Assembly: GCA_964618045.1 (NCBI GenBank)
Contig: CAZTZC010000005.1
Location: 1 to 36,776 of the forward strand
DNA from: an uncultured Candidatus Bathyarchaeia archaeon
Lineage (GTDB): Archaea > Thermoproteota > Bathyarchaeia > TCS64
Direction: 5' to 3'
Length of the DNA stretch: 36,776 nt
The position numbers were made by a program, and so were the translations under genes. The notes under the pieces are model-generated. The model was not told where the DNA came from, ran no database searches, and was given only the letters and a program-made list of their open reading frames with translations. This document shows, piece by piece, positions 24,729 through 36,093 of this stretch (its first letter is position 1; the number at the start of each line of letters is the position of its first letter).

Positions 24729-27650
24729 ATGCATATGGTTGACTGGAAAGCCATCGAGGAGAAGTGGCAGAGGCGCTGGGCGGACGCCTGCGCCTTCGAG
24801 ACGGATCCCGACCCTGAGAAACCCAAGTTCTACCTGACAGTGGCGTACCCTTACCCTAACAGCCCGCAGCACATAGGGCACGGACGTACGTATACTTTGA
24901 CGGACGTCCACGCCCGGTGGAAGCGGATGCAGGGATACAACGTGCTTCTGCCCATGGCGTGGCACTACACGGGCACCCCCCTCTTCGCCATGGTGGAGAG
25001 GCTAAAGGAGAGAGACCCGGAGTTCCTCGAGACTTTCCTCAACCTCTACAACATCCCCGAGGAGAAGCTCCACGAGCTGGAGACCCCCATCAAGATGGCG
25101 AAGTACTTCGCCCAGGAGATCAAGCACGGGATGCAGCGCATCGGGTACAGCATAGACTGGCGCCGCGAGTTCACCACAGTGGACCCCATCTACAGCAAGT
25201 TCATAGAGTGGCAGTTCGAGAAGCTGCGCAAGAAGGGCTACATCACCCAGGGAAGCCACCCCGTGGGCTGGTGCCCAAGCTGCGGCAACCCCGTGGGGCA
25301 GCACGACACCGTCGGCGACAAGGAGCCCGAGATAGAGGAGTTCACCGTCATCAAGTTCAGGAAAGGCGACATGATCTTCCCCGCGGGCACCCTGCGCCCA
25401 GAGACTGTGTTCGGCGTCACCAACATGTGGATCAACCCCGACGCCACCTACGTGGAGGCCAAGGTGGACGGCGAGACATGGATCATCAGCGCGGAGGCGG
25501 CGGACAAGCTGGAGCTGCTTGAGCGCAGTGTCGAGAGGGTCAGCGAGTTCCAGGGAAGCAAGTTCATCGGCGTCACCATAACCAACCCAGTGACGGGCGA
25601 CGAGTTCCCCATGCTGCCAGCCAGCTTCGTAGACCCCAAGGCGGTGACCGGCGTCGTCATGTCGGTGCCCGCCCACGCACCGTTCGACCTGGTGGCGCTG
25701 GACCAGCTGAAGCGGGAGGCCAAGAAGAACCCTGACGCCTACAGGTTCAAGCCCAGCGACATCAAGGACCTGGAGCCCATCAGCGTCATCGAGATAGACG
25801 GCTACGGCCCCGTGCCCGCCAGGGACGTCGTGGACCGCATGGGGATCACCGACCAGGAGGACCCCAAGCTGGAGAAGGCCACCAAGGAGGTCTACAGCGC
25901 CGAGTTCCACGGAGGCAGGATGATGAACAACACGGGCCAGTACGCGTCACTGCCTGTGCAGCAGGCCAAGGAGGCGGTCAAGGAGGACATAGTAGTCAAG
26001 GGTTTCGCGACTACGATGTACGAGATGCTGGAGCCCATCCAGTGTCGGTGCGGAAGCGAGGTCGTGGTCAAGATATTCGAGAACCAGTGGTTCATCAACT
26101 ACGGCGACCCCGCGTGGAAGAGGCTGGCCCACGAGAACATAGACAGAATGACCATCATACCCTACGAGCTTCGTCAGGAGTTCCACAACGTCGTGGACTG
26201 GCTGAGGGAGAAGGCGTGCGCCAGGAAGGCCGGCCTGGGGACGAAGCTGCCGTGGTCGCCGGACTGGACAATAGAGGCGCTGAGCGACTCAGTCATCTAC
26301 ATGGCGTACTACACGGTCATAAAGGGCATCAACGAGGTGGGGCCCGAGCCTGAGCAGCTGACTGAGGAGTTCTGGGACTACGTGTTCCTGGGCAGAGGCG
26401 ACGTGGAGAGCGTCGCAGAGGCCACGGGGTTCCCAGCGGAGAAGCTGGAGGAGATCCATAACGAGTTCAGTTACTTCTACCCACTCGACGCCCGCCACAG
26501 CGGACGCGACCTCATCAGCAACCACCTCACGTACATGGTGTTCTGCCACGACGGCATCTGGCCCAGAGAGATGTGGCCCAGGGGCATCGTCGTCAACGGC
26601 AGCGTGTTGATGGAGGGCGGCAAGATGAGCAAGAGCCTCAACAACATCATCCCCCTGATAAACGCCATAGACACTTTCGGCGCCGACCCGCTGCGCCTGA
26701 GCCTCATGATCACGGCGGAGCCACTGAAAGACGCCGACTTCAGCCCCGACCTGGCCAAGAACATGGGGGACAACCTGGAGAGGTTCTATCAGCGCGCCGT
26801 GGAGATCATAGAGCAGGGCAGGGGCAGCCCAGACAACCTGCATGATATCGACCGCTGGATGCTGAGCAGGCTGCAGAGCTACATATCCGAGGCCGACGAG
26901 GCGTTGAAGGAGCTGAAGGTCAGGAAGACCATCCACGCCGCCATGTATAACCTGAATCAGGACATGGACTGGTACCAGAAGCGCGTCGCCAGACAGCTGG
27001 AGAGGCCTGAGCGGGTGGACGCTATACGCTACGTGGAGTGGAGGGTCCTGGACACGCAGGTAAGGATGATGACGCCGTTCACGCCCCACCTCTGCGAGGA
27101 GATCTGGGAGAAGATGGGCGGCGAGGGCTTCATAGCGTTCGCCGAGTGGCCCAAGGTCGACGAGTCCTACGTGAGCCAGGAGAGCGAGGTGCTGGAGGGG
27201 ATGATACAGACCTGCATGGAGGACATCCAGAAGATCACCCGAGTCACAGGCATCAGCCCCGCCAAGATCCACTTCTACACTGCCGACGGCTGGAAGTGGA
27301 AGATCTACCTGAAGGCGCTGGAGTTGGCGAGGAGAGAGCAGTTGGACGTGGGCAACCTCATCAAGGAGGCGTTCAAGGACGCCGAGATGAAGGCCAGGAG
27401 CAAAGCCGTGCCCGGCTACGCCCGCCAGATCGTCGAAGACGTCATAAGGCTGCCGGACGACGAGGTGGAGCTGCGGCTGAAGATGGGGCAGCTCAACGAG
27501 GTGAACGTCCTCATGGACGCGGTCAGCTTCATCGAGGGCGAGCACGGCTGCGAGGTAGCCGTCTCTGCCGAGAGCGACCCGTGGACGGAGGACCCGGCGA
27601 AGCGTGCCCACAGAGCCAAACCCTACAGGCCGGCCATCTACGTCCAGTAA
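24729..27650 (+). CDS. leuS: leucine--tRNA ligase (archaeal type)
   Basis: HIGH-type motif PQHIGH and KMSKS motif GGKMSKSLNN, about 973 aa. I placed the start at ATG 24729 (GAGG 6 nt upstream) rather than the listed TTG 24708. Confidence 0.93.
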   Translation: MHMVDWKAIEEKWQRRWADACAFETDPDPEKPKFYLTVAYPYPNSPQHIGHGRTYTLTDVHARWKRMQGYNVLLPMAWHYTGTPLFAMVERLKERDPEFLETFLNLYNIPEEKLHELETPIKMAKYFAQEIKHGMQRIGYSIDWRREFTTVDPIYSKFIEWQFEKLRKKGYITQGSHPVGWCPSCGNPVGQHDTVGDKEPEIEEFTVIKFRKGDMIFPAGTLRPETVFGVTNMWINPDATYVEAKVDGETWIISAEAADKLELLERSVERVSEFQGSKFIGVTITNPVTGDEFPMLPASFVDPKAVTGVVMSVPAHAPFDLVALDQLKREAKKNPDAYRFKPSDIKDLEPISVIEIDGYGPVPARDVVDRMGITDQEDPKLEKATKEVYSAEFHGGRMMNNTGQYASLPVQQAKEAVKEDIVVKGFATTMYEMLEPIQCRCGSEVVVKIFENQWFINYGDPAWKRLAHENIDRMTIIPYELRQEFHNVVDWLREKACARKAGLGTKLPWSPDWTIEALSDSVIYMAYYTVIKGINEVGPEPEQLTEEFWDYVFLGRGDVESVAEATGFPAEKLEEIHNEFSYFYPLDARHSGRDLISNHLTYMVFCHDGIWPREMWPRGIVVNGSVLMEGGKMSKSLNNIIPLINAIDTFGADPLRLSLMITAEPLKDADFSPDLAKNMGDNLERFYQRAVEIIEQGRGSPDNLHDIDRWMLSRLQSYISEADEALKELKVRKTIHAAMYNLNQDMDWYQKRVARQLERPERVDAIRYVEWRVLDTQVRMMTPFTPHLCEEIWEKMGGEGFIAFAEWPKVDESYVSQESEVLEGMIQTCMEDIQKITRVTGISPAKIHFYTADGWKWKIYLKALELARREQLDVGNLIKEAFKDAEMKARSKAVPGYARQIVEDVIRLPDDEVELRLKMGQLNEVNVLMDAVSFIEGEHGCEVAVSAESDPWTEDPAKRAHRAKPYRPAIYVQ

Positions 27651-27732
27651 CCTAATTTCCCTACACTTTCTCTGGACCCAGCCTAACTGCAGGTCTAAAG
27701 GTTTTTATCTGGTTCATGTTTTCTGGGATTGA

Positions 27733-29325
<1,593 letters not shown>

Positions 29326-29339
<14 letters not shown>

Positions 29340-29883
29340 GCTTTGGATGGGAACCAGCAGCGACCACAAGTACGAGGAGGCGAGGGAGGTTCTCGCCGAG
29401 TTCGGCGTCGAGCTGATGCGCCTCAGCATAGACCGCGTCGAGATCCAGGCGGACGACCCCGAGCTGATAGCCGAGTACAGCCTCAGGGTTCTCGACGTGG
29501 ACGTGCCCATACTCATCGAGGACGCGGGGCTCTACATAGACAAGTACTTTGGTTTTCCCGGTCCTTACAGCAGCTACGCGCTGCGTACCATCGACAACGA
29601 GGGCATACTCAAGCTCATGGAGGGCGAGAAGGAGAGGGGCGCCAGGTACCTATCGGCTGTGGCGTTCCGGGACGGCGACACCAGCGTCACCTTCACCGGG
29701 GAGGTTGTGGGCCGCATAGCGGAGGAGATGAGGGGCACCAACGGCTTCGGCTACGACCCCATATTCATGCCGGACGAGGGCGACGGCAGAACCTTCGGCG
29801 AGATGAGCGCCGCGGAGAAGGCGAGGATCAGCCACAGGGCCCGCGCCTTCAGGAAGCTGGGCGAGTGGCTCAGAGCAGGTTAG
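29326..29883 (+). CDS. non-canonical purine NTP pyrophosphatase (HAM1/RdgB/ITPase family)
   Basis: ..EIQADDPE..VPILIEDAGLYID...GFPGPYSSY..GFGYDPIFMP..GRTFGEMSAAEKARISHRARAF.. TTG start overlaps the bud32 stop by 14 nt. Confidence 0.85.
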
Positions 29884-29886
29884 CCT

Positions 29887-30849
29887 CTACTCGACCAGAG
29901 GCGAGGACTGGAACGGGTCCACCTCGTTCATCCTGTCCATGAGGTACTTGGTGGCGTCGGCTATCTTGAAGGGACGCGAGTTATTCCCCGTCCTGACGTA
30001 GAAGGACTGCTTGCCCTTCTCCTGGAGGAATGCCGGATCCCTACTGGGCAGTATATGCACGCGGCACAGCTCCTTGCCGTACATGGTATAAAAGTTGATC
30101 TTGATCTTGTCCAGGAAGATGTCTCCGATCTTGTTGCTTATCTGGTTTATCAGGTGGTTCTCGAAGCCGTCCCGGTTCTTCTTGGGGAGGGTCACATAGT
30201 CCGTCTCGAGCCCCACCACCCAGTTGTCGTCTGAGACGCCTATGAGGAGGTCGCCGCCGTCCGCGTTCAGGAACGCGCATATGGTCTTGAGGCAGTTGTA
30301 CTCAAGGTCCTGGTCGACGCAGCCCCTGACGTTGTTGTAGCGGAGACTGGCTTTGAACTCGAGGCGCTGCCCCTCGTTCATGTTCATCAGCTGCTCCACG
30401 GCTAGAGTCTCCTGTTCCTGGTTCTTCGCCGCCATGTACTCCCTCATGATATCGGGCTGGTAGTTGGCCAGATCCGTGAGGCTCAGTATGCCGATGACCC
30501 TGTCCTGGCCGATGGAGTCAACGACGGGGAGCTTCTTGATCCTGTTCTGGAGCATGATGCGCCCCGCCTCGAGAAGCGGCGTCTCGGGGGACACCGAGAT
30601 GAGGGCGCTGGTCATGACCTCGCCCACAGTGACGAGCTGCGGGTCCCTGCCGCTGGCCACCACCCTCGTGAGGACGTCCCTCTCCGTGATTATGCCGCGG
30701 ATGCCGTCCTCGCTCTGGACTATGAGGCTGCTTATGCCGAAGCGGGTCATCACCCGCGCGGCGTTCTCAACGGTCTCCGAGGGATCTATCGTCACCACGT
30801 CGCTGGTCATGACGTCATGAACGGCTAGAGGTATCGCTGTGTGGCTCAT
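29887..30849 (-). CDS. CBS-pair / AlbA_2 (Schlafen-type putative nucleic-acid-binding) domain fusion protein
   Basis: The N-terminal roughly 130 aa hold two CBS repeats (VHDVMTSDVVTI..GIITERDVL; VGEVMTSALISV..GILSLTDL). The C-terminal roughly 150 aa carry the AlbA_2 hallmarks EGQRLEFKASL, CLKTICAFLNADGGDLLIGVSDDNWVVGLE and FYVRTGNNSRP. Confidence 0.75.
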   Translation of the reverse strand: MSHTAIPLAVHDVMTSDVVTIDPSETVENAARVMTRFGISSLIVQSEDGIRGIITERDVLTRVVASGRDPQLVTVGEVMTSALISVSPETPLLEAGRIMLQNRIKKLPVVDSIGQDRVIGILSLTDLANYQPDIMREYMAAKNQEQETLAVEQLMNMNEGQRLEFKASLRYNNVRGCVDQDLEYNCLKTICAFLNADGGDLLIGVSDDNWVVGLETDYVTLPKKNRDGFENHLINQISNKIGDIFLDKIKINFYTMYGKELCRVHILPSRDPAFLQEKGKQSFYVRTGNNSRPFKIADATKYLMDRMNEVDPFQSSPLVE

Positions 30850-30930
30850 GCCGTCTCTACTCTCGGTTAAACCCTAATTGACGGTTATGGAACAAGGCAA
30901 TAGAGTCCTAAAGCCTAATAGCGTTCTCTA

Positions 30931-32280
30931 TTAGGGTGAAGATTCTTGGAGAAGAGACATGAGCTCGGATACGTCCTTCAGCTCATCCAGCTCCTTGAGC
31001 GCCGACCAGATCAGTTCAGCCTTCCCCCTGTCGACGGTGGGGCTGGACCATTTCACGAATTTCTCGAAGAGCTCCTCGTCCGTGAGGGGGTTACGCGGCT
31101 CACCCCATGGCATGTCCACCCTCTCCGTGTGGTTGGCCCCGTCCTTGAGCTTGACCTCGACGGTGGTGGGCCTGCTGCCCTCGGGGTAGATGCTGTCGAG
31201 CCCTTCGTCTGGCGTCACCTTCACCTTCGCGGCCAGCTCGTGGAGCTTGTTGTCCGCTATCCTCTCCTTGGTGAACTGGGCCTCGGTGACCTCGCCGTCG
31301 GCGATGACGCAGGCAGCGATGTAGGGGAGGTTGAACTGGCAGTTCTTGTAGTAGCTGTCGGGCCCCACCTTCTCGTCTGTTATGTACATGCCGTGGGTGA
31401 GCTGGCTCACCTGCACCTCCTCGACGTCGTCCGCCGTGAAGCCGTGCCGCCGCCTCAGCCTCAGCAGCGCCTCGACGGCGCCGTGGGTCATCCTGCAAGT
31501 AGGCCAGGGCTTGATGTAGACGTTCATGACCTCATACTCCTCTCCGAGGCCCCGGGTCTTGAAGCGTGTGGAGAGCCTGTTGTCGTCGGCGAGCTTGGGG
31601 CCGTTCAGGCCCTCCTTGGCTAGCAGCGCGGCCTCGATTCCCATCTTAGCCTGGTAGCCGTTGCTGAGGAAGTTTACATCCAACCCCATGGTTCTGGGGA
31701 CCCCCCTGGGGCTGTTGTATCCCGCTATGCCCATGGCGAAGATGGTCTCGTCGACTCCGAGACCCAGCAGCCTGCTCGCCACCGCAGCGGAGCAGTAAGC
31801 GGACGCCGGCGGCCTGTTGTCCATCCCCCTCACCTTGGCGGCCACGTCGTAACCCACCGTAACGGCTGTGATCACGTCGCGTCCCGATGCGTGTAGCTTC
31901 TCGCCGACTGCGAGGGCGGTGGGGACGGCGACCCTCCCGGGGTGAGACGAGCCGCCCAAGGCGGCGGCCTCCCTGTGGCCGTCGTTGCAGTCGTGCACCT
32001 GAGCATAGGCGGCGTTGGCCCACGCGGCCCACGGTAGGCTGGTCTTCCTGCCTGTGCCGAGGACGGTGCACTCCTCGTGCTCGCCTAAGCCGGTTAAGAA
32101 CCCGTCTATCCCGGCTGCCTCCTCCTTCCTTGAGCCCATGTATATGGTCCCCAAGGAATCAAGAATGACTCGCTTTGACTGATGCACCACCTCGGGAGGC
32201 AGTTCCTCGTAGGAAACCCCAGTCACGTGCTCCGCGAGCTCCCTTCCGACGCGTAGAACGCTCTCAACTTCCTTGACCAT
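30931..32280 (-). CDS. MmgE/PrpD family protein (2-methylcitrate dehydratase-like)
   Basis: 449 aa with an N-terminus ..ELAEHV..VSYEELPPEVVHQSKRVILDSLG.. and the overall length typical of the PrpD family. The specific substrate cannot be assigned. Confidence 0.8.
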   Translation of the reverse strand: MVKEVESVLRVGRELAEHVTGVSYEELPPEVVHQSKRVILDSLGTIYMGSRKEEAAGIDGFLTGLGEHEECTVLGTGRKTSLPWAAWANAAYAQVHDCNDGHREAAALGGSSHPGRVAVPTALAVGEKLHASGRDVITAVTVGYDVAAKVRGMDNRPPASAYCSAAVASRLLGLGVDETIFAMGIAGYNSPRGVPRTMGLDVNFLSNGYQAKMGIEAALLAKEGLNGPKLADDNRLSTRFKTRGLGEEYEVMNVYIKPWPTCRMTHGAVEALLRLRRRHGFTADDVEEVQVSQLTHGMYITDEKVGPDSYYKNCQFNLPYIAACVIADGEVTEAQFTKERIADNKLHELAAKVKVTPDEGLDSIYPEGSRPTTVEVKLKDGANHTERVDMPWGEPRNPLTDEELFEKFVKWSSPTVDRGKAELIWSALKELDELKDVSELMSLLQESSP

Positions 32281-32416
32281 CGAAACTCACAGGTTATCTT
32301 TGGTGGTGGTTGTAGATAACAGGTACCCACATCGTATCTGGACACTCCTCCGGGTCCGAGATAACCTTTTTAAATGGTGTAGAGTCTAACCATAGAGCAC
32401 CCGGAGAAATCACTGT

Positions 32417-32863
32417 ATGGTAGGCAAACTCTCGAACATGCGAGGCAGAAGCCACAGCACACGGCCAGTGAGCAAGAGGCCACCCAACTGGGTCGTTTAC
32501 CAGCCCGACGAGGTAAAGGCGCTCATAATAAACCTGGCCCGCGAGGGTAAGACCCAGAGCCAGATAGGCAACATCCTCAGAGATGTCCACGGGGTACCTT
32601 TGGTGAAGCCCATCGTGGGGTACGGCGTCAGGAAGGTCCTGGAGGAGGCTGGGCTGGCCCCCGAGATACCCGAGGACCTCTACAACCTGATGGTGCGCGC
32701 CACCCGTCTCCGGAGGCACGTGGAGCGCAACCCGAAGGACTACAGCAACAAGAGGGGCATGCAGCTCACGGAGAGCATGATCTACCGCGTCACCAAGTAC
32801 TATCAGCGTAGGGGAGTCCTGCCGAGGGACTGGAACTACCGGCGCGAGATAGTCACCGTCTAA
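32417..32863 (+). CDS. rps15: 30S ribosomal protein S15 (uS15 / S13e)
   Basis: ..RGRSHSTRP...PPNWV.Y.PDEV..LI..LAREG...SQIG..LRD.HG.P... A TATA-like tttttaaa at 32376-32383 lies upstream. An alternative start is ATG 32438. Confidence 0.9.
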   Translation: MVGKLSNMRGRSHSTRPVSKRPPNWVVYQPDEVKALIINLAREGKTQSQIGNILRDVHGVPLVKPIVGYGVRKVLEEAGLAPEIPEDLYNLMVRATRLRRHVERNPKDYSNKRGMQLTESMIYRVTKYYQRRGVLPRDWNYRREIVTV

Positions 32864-32873
32864 GCTGACCTAA

Positions 32874-34295
32874 ATGTCGGGCGAGGACGCTTTCGTTTCT
32901 TCCTTCAAGCCAGCCGTGGAGCTGTTCCTACAGCACGTCGAGATGGGTAGCAGGATACGCATAGTCACCCACAACGACGCGGATGGCCTCGCCAGCGGGG
33001 GCATCCTCAGCGTCGTGGCCCATCGTAAGGGTGCGGCGTTCAGGACCAGCAGCGAGAAGAAGCTGGACGAGAAACTCGTAAGGAGCCTTGCCGAGGAGAA
33101 CCCGAGCCTCATAGTCTTCACCGACTTCGGTAGCGGTTACACCGACCTCATCGCCGAGAACCTGAGCCAGGACGTCATCATACTCGACCATCACCTACCT
33201 GCGGAGCATGAGGCAGGCAACATAGTGCACGTAAACCCCATGCTCCACGGCATCGACGGCGCCAGGATGATCGCGGCTAGCGGCATATGCTACCTCTTCG
33301 CCAGGGAGGTCGACGACGGGAACAGGGACCTGAGCTGCCTCGGCGTCGTCGGCGCCCTGGGGGACCAGCAGGACAAGGGAGAGAGGAAGACCCTCACCGG
33401 CCTGAACACGTTGATAGAGGAGGACGCGGTCAGGGACGGGTTCCTCGATAAGCATGTGGGGCTCATCTTCTACGGCTACGAGACGCGCCCACTGGCCAAG
33501 GCCATAGCCTACACGACCACCCCCTACATCCCGGGGCTGAGCGGAGACGAGGGCGCCTGTGTGGCCTTCCTTAGGGAGGTGGGCATCCCGATCAACGATG
33601 GGGACAGGCTGCGCGCCTTGGCCGACCTCACCGACGAGGAGAGACGGACGCTGTTCAGCGCCATGAGCAGCCACATGGTTAGCATGGGCTGCGACGCCGG
33701 GGCCGTCCACCAGCTCATCGGCACCATCTACACGTTCAGGCTGGAGGAGCCCAGCACCTGCCTGCGGAGCGGCAGGGAGTACGGGAGCCTCCTCAACGCC
33801 TGTGGCAGGATGAACCGGCCGGGGGTGGGTCTCAGCGTCTGCCTCGGGGACCGCGGCGAGGCTATGGCGGAGGCTCAGGAGGCCCTTGATCTTTACCGTC
33901 GAAAGATAGGTTCGAGCCTAGATCTGGTCAGGGAGAATGAAATGGTGGAGGAGAGGGATAACATCTACGTCATAAGGGCGGGGGACTCCATCGACGACAC
34001 TGTCATAGGCGTCGTCTCGGGGATACTGCTCAGCCAGGGCATCCTCAAGAAGATGAAGCCCATAATATCCACGGCGGTGAGCGAGGACGATCAAGTGAAG
34101 GTCTCGGCTAGGGGTACGGAGGAGCTCGCTTTACGTGGCCTCCACATGGGAGTGGTGATGCAGAAGGCTGCCGAGGCCGTGGGGGGCGGCGGGGGCGGCC
34201 ACGACGTCGCCGCCGGGGCTTACGTGCCCATTGATAAGGAGGAAGAGTTCATAGCTAAGGTGAACAACCTTGTCTCCGAGCACATCACAGAGTGA
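32874..34295 (+). CDS. DHH/DHHA1 phosphoesterase, archaeal RecJ-like (GAN/Cdc45-like) exonuclease
   Basis: Motifs HNDADGLASG, DFGSG, ILDHH and GGGGGHDVAAGA (DHHA1 GGGH). It sits in the usual archaeal position directly after the S15 gene. Confidence 0.85.
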   Translation: MSGEDAFVSSFKPAVELFLQHVEMGSRIRIVTHNDADGLASGGILSVVAHRKGAAFRTSSEKKLDEKLVRSLAEENPSLIVFTDFGSGYTDLIAENLSQDVIILDHHLPAEHEAGNIVHVNPMLHGIDGARMIAASGICYLFAREVDDGNRDLSCLGVVGALGDQQDKGERKTLTGLNTLIEEDAVRDGFLDKHVGLIFYGYETRPLAKAIAYTTTPYIPGLSGDEGACVAFLREVGIPINDGDRLRALADLTDEERRTLFSAMSSHMVSMGCDAGAVHQLIGTIYTFRLEEPSTCLRSGREYGSLLNACGRMNRPGVGLSVCLGDRGEAMAEAQEALDLYRRKIGSSLDLVRENEMVEERDNIYVIRAGDSIDDTVIGVVSGILLSQGILKKMKPIISTAVSEDDQVKVSARGTEELALRGLHMGVVMQKAAEAVGGGGGGHDVAAGAYVPIDKEEEFIAKVNNLVSEHITE

Positions 34296-34530
34296 GGCCA
34301 CGGTCACCATAGAGTACAGGGACCAGAGGACCGCTGAGGCCATACTCCGGGCTATCGAGCCGGACAACCTTCAGGTGCCCGACGGGATCGAGATCGAGGC
34401 GGAGGCCGTGGACGGCGTTCTCAATGTGAGGGTCAACTGTGGGCTGGGCATTGGCAGCTTGGTCGCGACGCTTGATGACCTTCTTTCATGTGTTCAGGCA
34501 GCCGAGAGGGCGATAGAGGAGCTAGGCTAG
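34270..34530 (+). CDS. pcc1: KEOPS subunit Pcc1-like protein
   Basis: About 80 aa with ..ATVTIEY.D.RTAEAILRAIEPDN....GIEIEAEA.DGVLNVRV.C..IGSL.ATLDDLLSCVQAAERA.., the Pcc1/CTAG family pattern. The only in-frame start is TTG 34270, which overlaps the RecJ-like gene by 26 nt. Confidence 0.65.
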   Translation: MSPSTSQSEATVTIEYRDQRTAEAILRAIEPDNLQVPDGIEIEAEAVDGVLNVRVNCGLGIGSLVATLDDLLSCVQAAERAIEELG

Positions 34531-34917
34531 GCCCAGCCTCTTGAGTACGCCTTCATCGGCTAGAGAGTAGTAGATCCATTTTCCCCTCCGCTCATGCGTC
34601 ACCAGTCCCGCGTTCTCCAGCTTCCTGACGTGGTGGCTGAGGTTGGGCTGCGTGAGACCGAGGGCAGCCGTGAGCTCGCATACACACATCTCGCGGAACG
34701 TGAGCAGCATAAGTATCTTGAGGCGTTTCTCGTCGGCTAGCGACTTGAACACCGTGGCTCTCCTCGTGAGGTCGATGGACTCGAACAGTTGATCTGTCAG
34801 GACACTTAACTCCGACTCGTGTCGCTGGGAGTCGGGGGCGTCGCAGAAGTGGGTTTCAAGTAGTCTACCGAGTCTTTCCTTGGTTTCCTGCAAGTTGTTC
34901 CCTCTGCTCCCACCCAT
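34522..34917 (-). CDS. arsR: ArsR/SmtB family transcriptional regulator
   Basis: ..FKSLADEKRLKILMLL..REMCVCELTAALGLTQPNLSHHVRKLENAGLV..ERRGKWIYYSL.. I placed the start at Met-7 (ATG 34917) because the first Met lies inside the operator palindrome. Confidence 0.85.
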   Translation of the reverse strand: MGGSRGNNLQETKERLGRLLETHFCDAPDSQRHESELSVLTDQLFESIDLTRRATVFKSLADEKRLKILMLLTFREMCVCELTAALGLTQPNLSHHVRKLENAGLVTHERRGKWIYYSLADEGVLKRLGLA

Positions 34918-34925
34918 AACAACAA

Positions 34926-34949
34926 ATAAACACATTTAAATATGTTTAT
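34926..34949. promoter_or_regulatory. 24-bp near-perfect palindrome ATAAACACATTT/AAATATGTTTAT in the arsR-acr3 divergent spacer (candidate ArsR operator)
   Basis: Read directly. The two halves are reverse complements apart from one mismatch, and the palindrome is centred between the divergent starts. Confidence 0.5.
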
Positions 34950-34969
34950 GCGTCTCGTTTCTGGAAAAC

Positions 34970-36028
34970 ATGGAACCTGCAAAGATGGGCGAAAACGAGG
35001 CGAAGCTCGGGGCCTTCGAGAAGTACCTAGCCGTGTGGGTGGTGGCCTGCATGGCGATGGGGTTAGCCCTCTCCCAGTTCGTTCCCGGGTTGAGCAGGGC
35101 GATAGACAGCTGGCAGGTGAGAGGCATCTCGATACCCATCGGGGTATGCCTTTTCCTGATGATGTACCCGGCGCTGCTGAACCTTCAAGTATCTGAGCTG
35201 AGGAAGCTATTCAGGAACCCGAAGCCCATCTTCGCCACTATAGTGTCCAACTGGATCGTGGCTCCGGTGGTGACCGTGGCGCTGGCAAACTTGTTCCTAG
35301 CCGGTCACGATCAACTCATAGTGTCCCTCATACTGTTGGGGTCGAGCCCCTGCACGGCGATGGTGCTCGTGTGGGGCGCCCTCGCCGACGGCAACCAGGA
35401 GCAGAACGTCATCAACACGAGCCTGAACACGGTCACGATCATCTTCCTGTACGCCCCCATCGTGTCGCTGCTCACGGGCATCCAGAACATTCCCATCGAC
35501 AGGGGCCTCCTGCTGGTGTCGGTGTTCGTGTTCATCGGCGTACCCATGGCTCTGGGATACCTCTCCAAGCGCTACATCATCGGGACGAGGGGCGAGGAAT
35601 GGTTCAGCGGCGTCTACAGGCCCGCCGTTGGCAGGGTCGCCGTCGCCGCGCTCCTCACGACCCTGGTCGTGCTGTTCAGCCTGAACGGCGACGTGCTGCT
35701 GAGTCACCCGGACCTCATGGTGCTTGTTTCTGCCCCCCTCATCCTGGGGTTCGTGGTGGTGGTTGGGTACAACCTTGTGGTCACCCGGCTCCTCGGCCTT
35801 GCTTACAGGGAGGCGATCATAAGCGTCATAATCGGTTCCTCCAGCCACTTCGAGATAGCCATAGCCACGGCCATAAGCCTCTACGGGCTCGGGTCCCAGG
35901 CGGCCCTCGGCACCACCATGGGCCTCTTCTGGGAGGTACCCATAATGCTGAGCCTCGTCTGGCTGGGTAAACGGCTCGAAGGGCGCGGCTTCTGGAGGCC
36001 GGCGGAAGAGCTGGAGGTCGCCGCCTAA
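34970..36028 (+). CDS. acr3: arsenite efflux permease ACR3
   Basis: 352 aa and polytopic, with ..FEKYLAVWV.., MMYPALLNL, LLGSSPCTAMVLVW (the conserved Cys) and SSHFEIAIA. Confidence 0.9.
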   Translation: MEPAKMGENEAKLGAFEKYLAVWVVACMAMGLALSQFVPGLSRAIDSWQVRGISIPIGVCLFLMMYPALLNLQVSELRKLFRNPKPIFATIVSNWIVAPVVTVALANLFLAGHDQLIVSLILLGSSPCTAMVLVWGALADGNQEQNVINTSLNTVTIIFLYAPIVSLLTGIQNIPIDRGLLLVSVFVFIGVPMALGYLSKRYIIGTRGEEWFSGVYRPAVGRVAVAALLTTLVVLFSLNGDVLLSHPDLMVLVSAPLILGFVVVVGYNLVVTRLLGLAYREAIISVIIGSSSHFEIAIATAISLYGLGSQAALGTTMGLFWEVPIMLSLVWLGKRLEGRGFWRPAEELEVAA

Positions 36029-36093
36029 CCGTCAAAACCTATATATGACGGCGCTGCATTGCATGAACACTGAACTAGGAGAGATACATCAAC

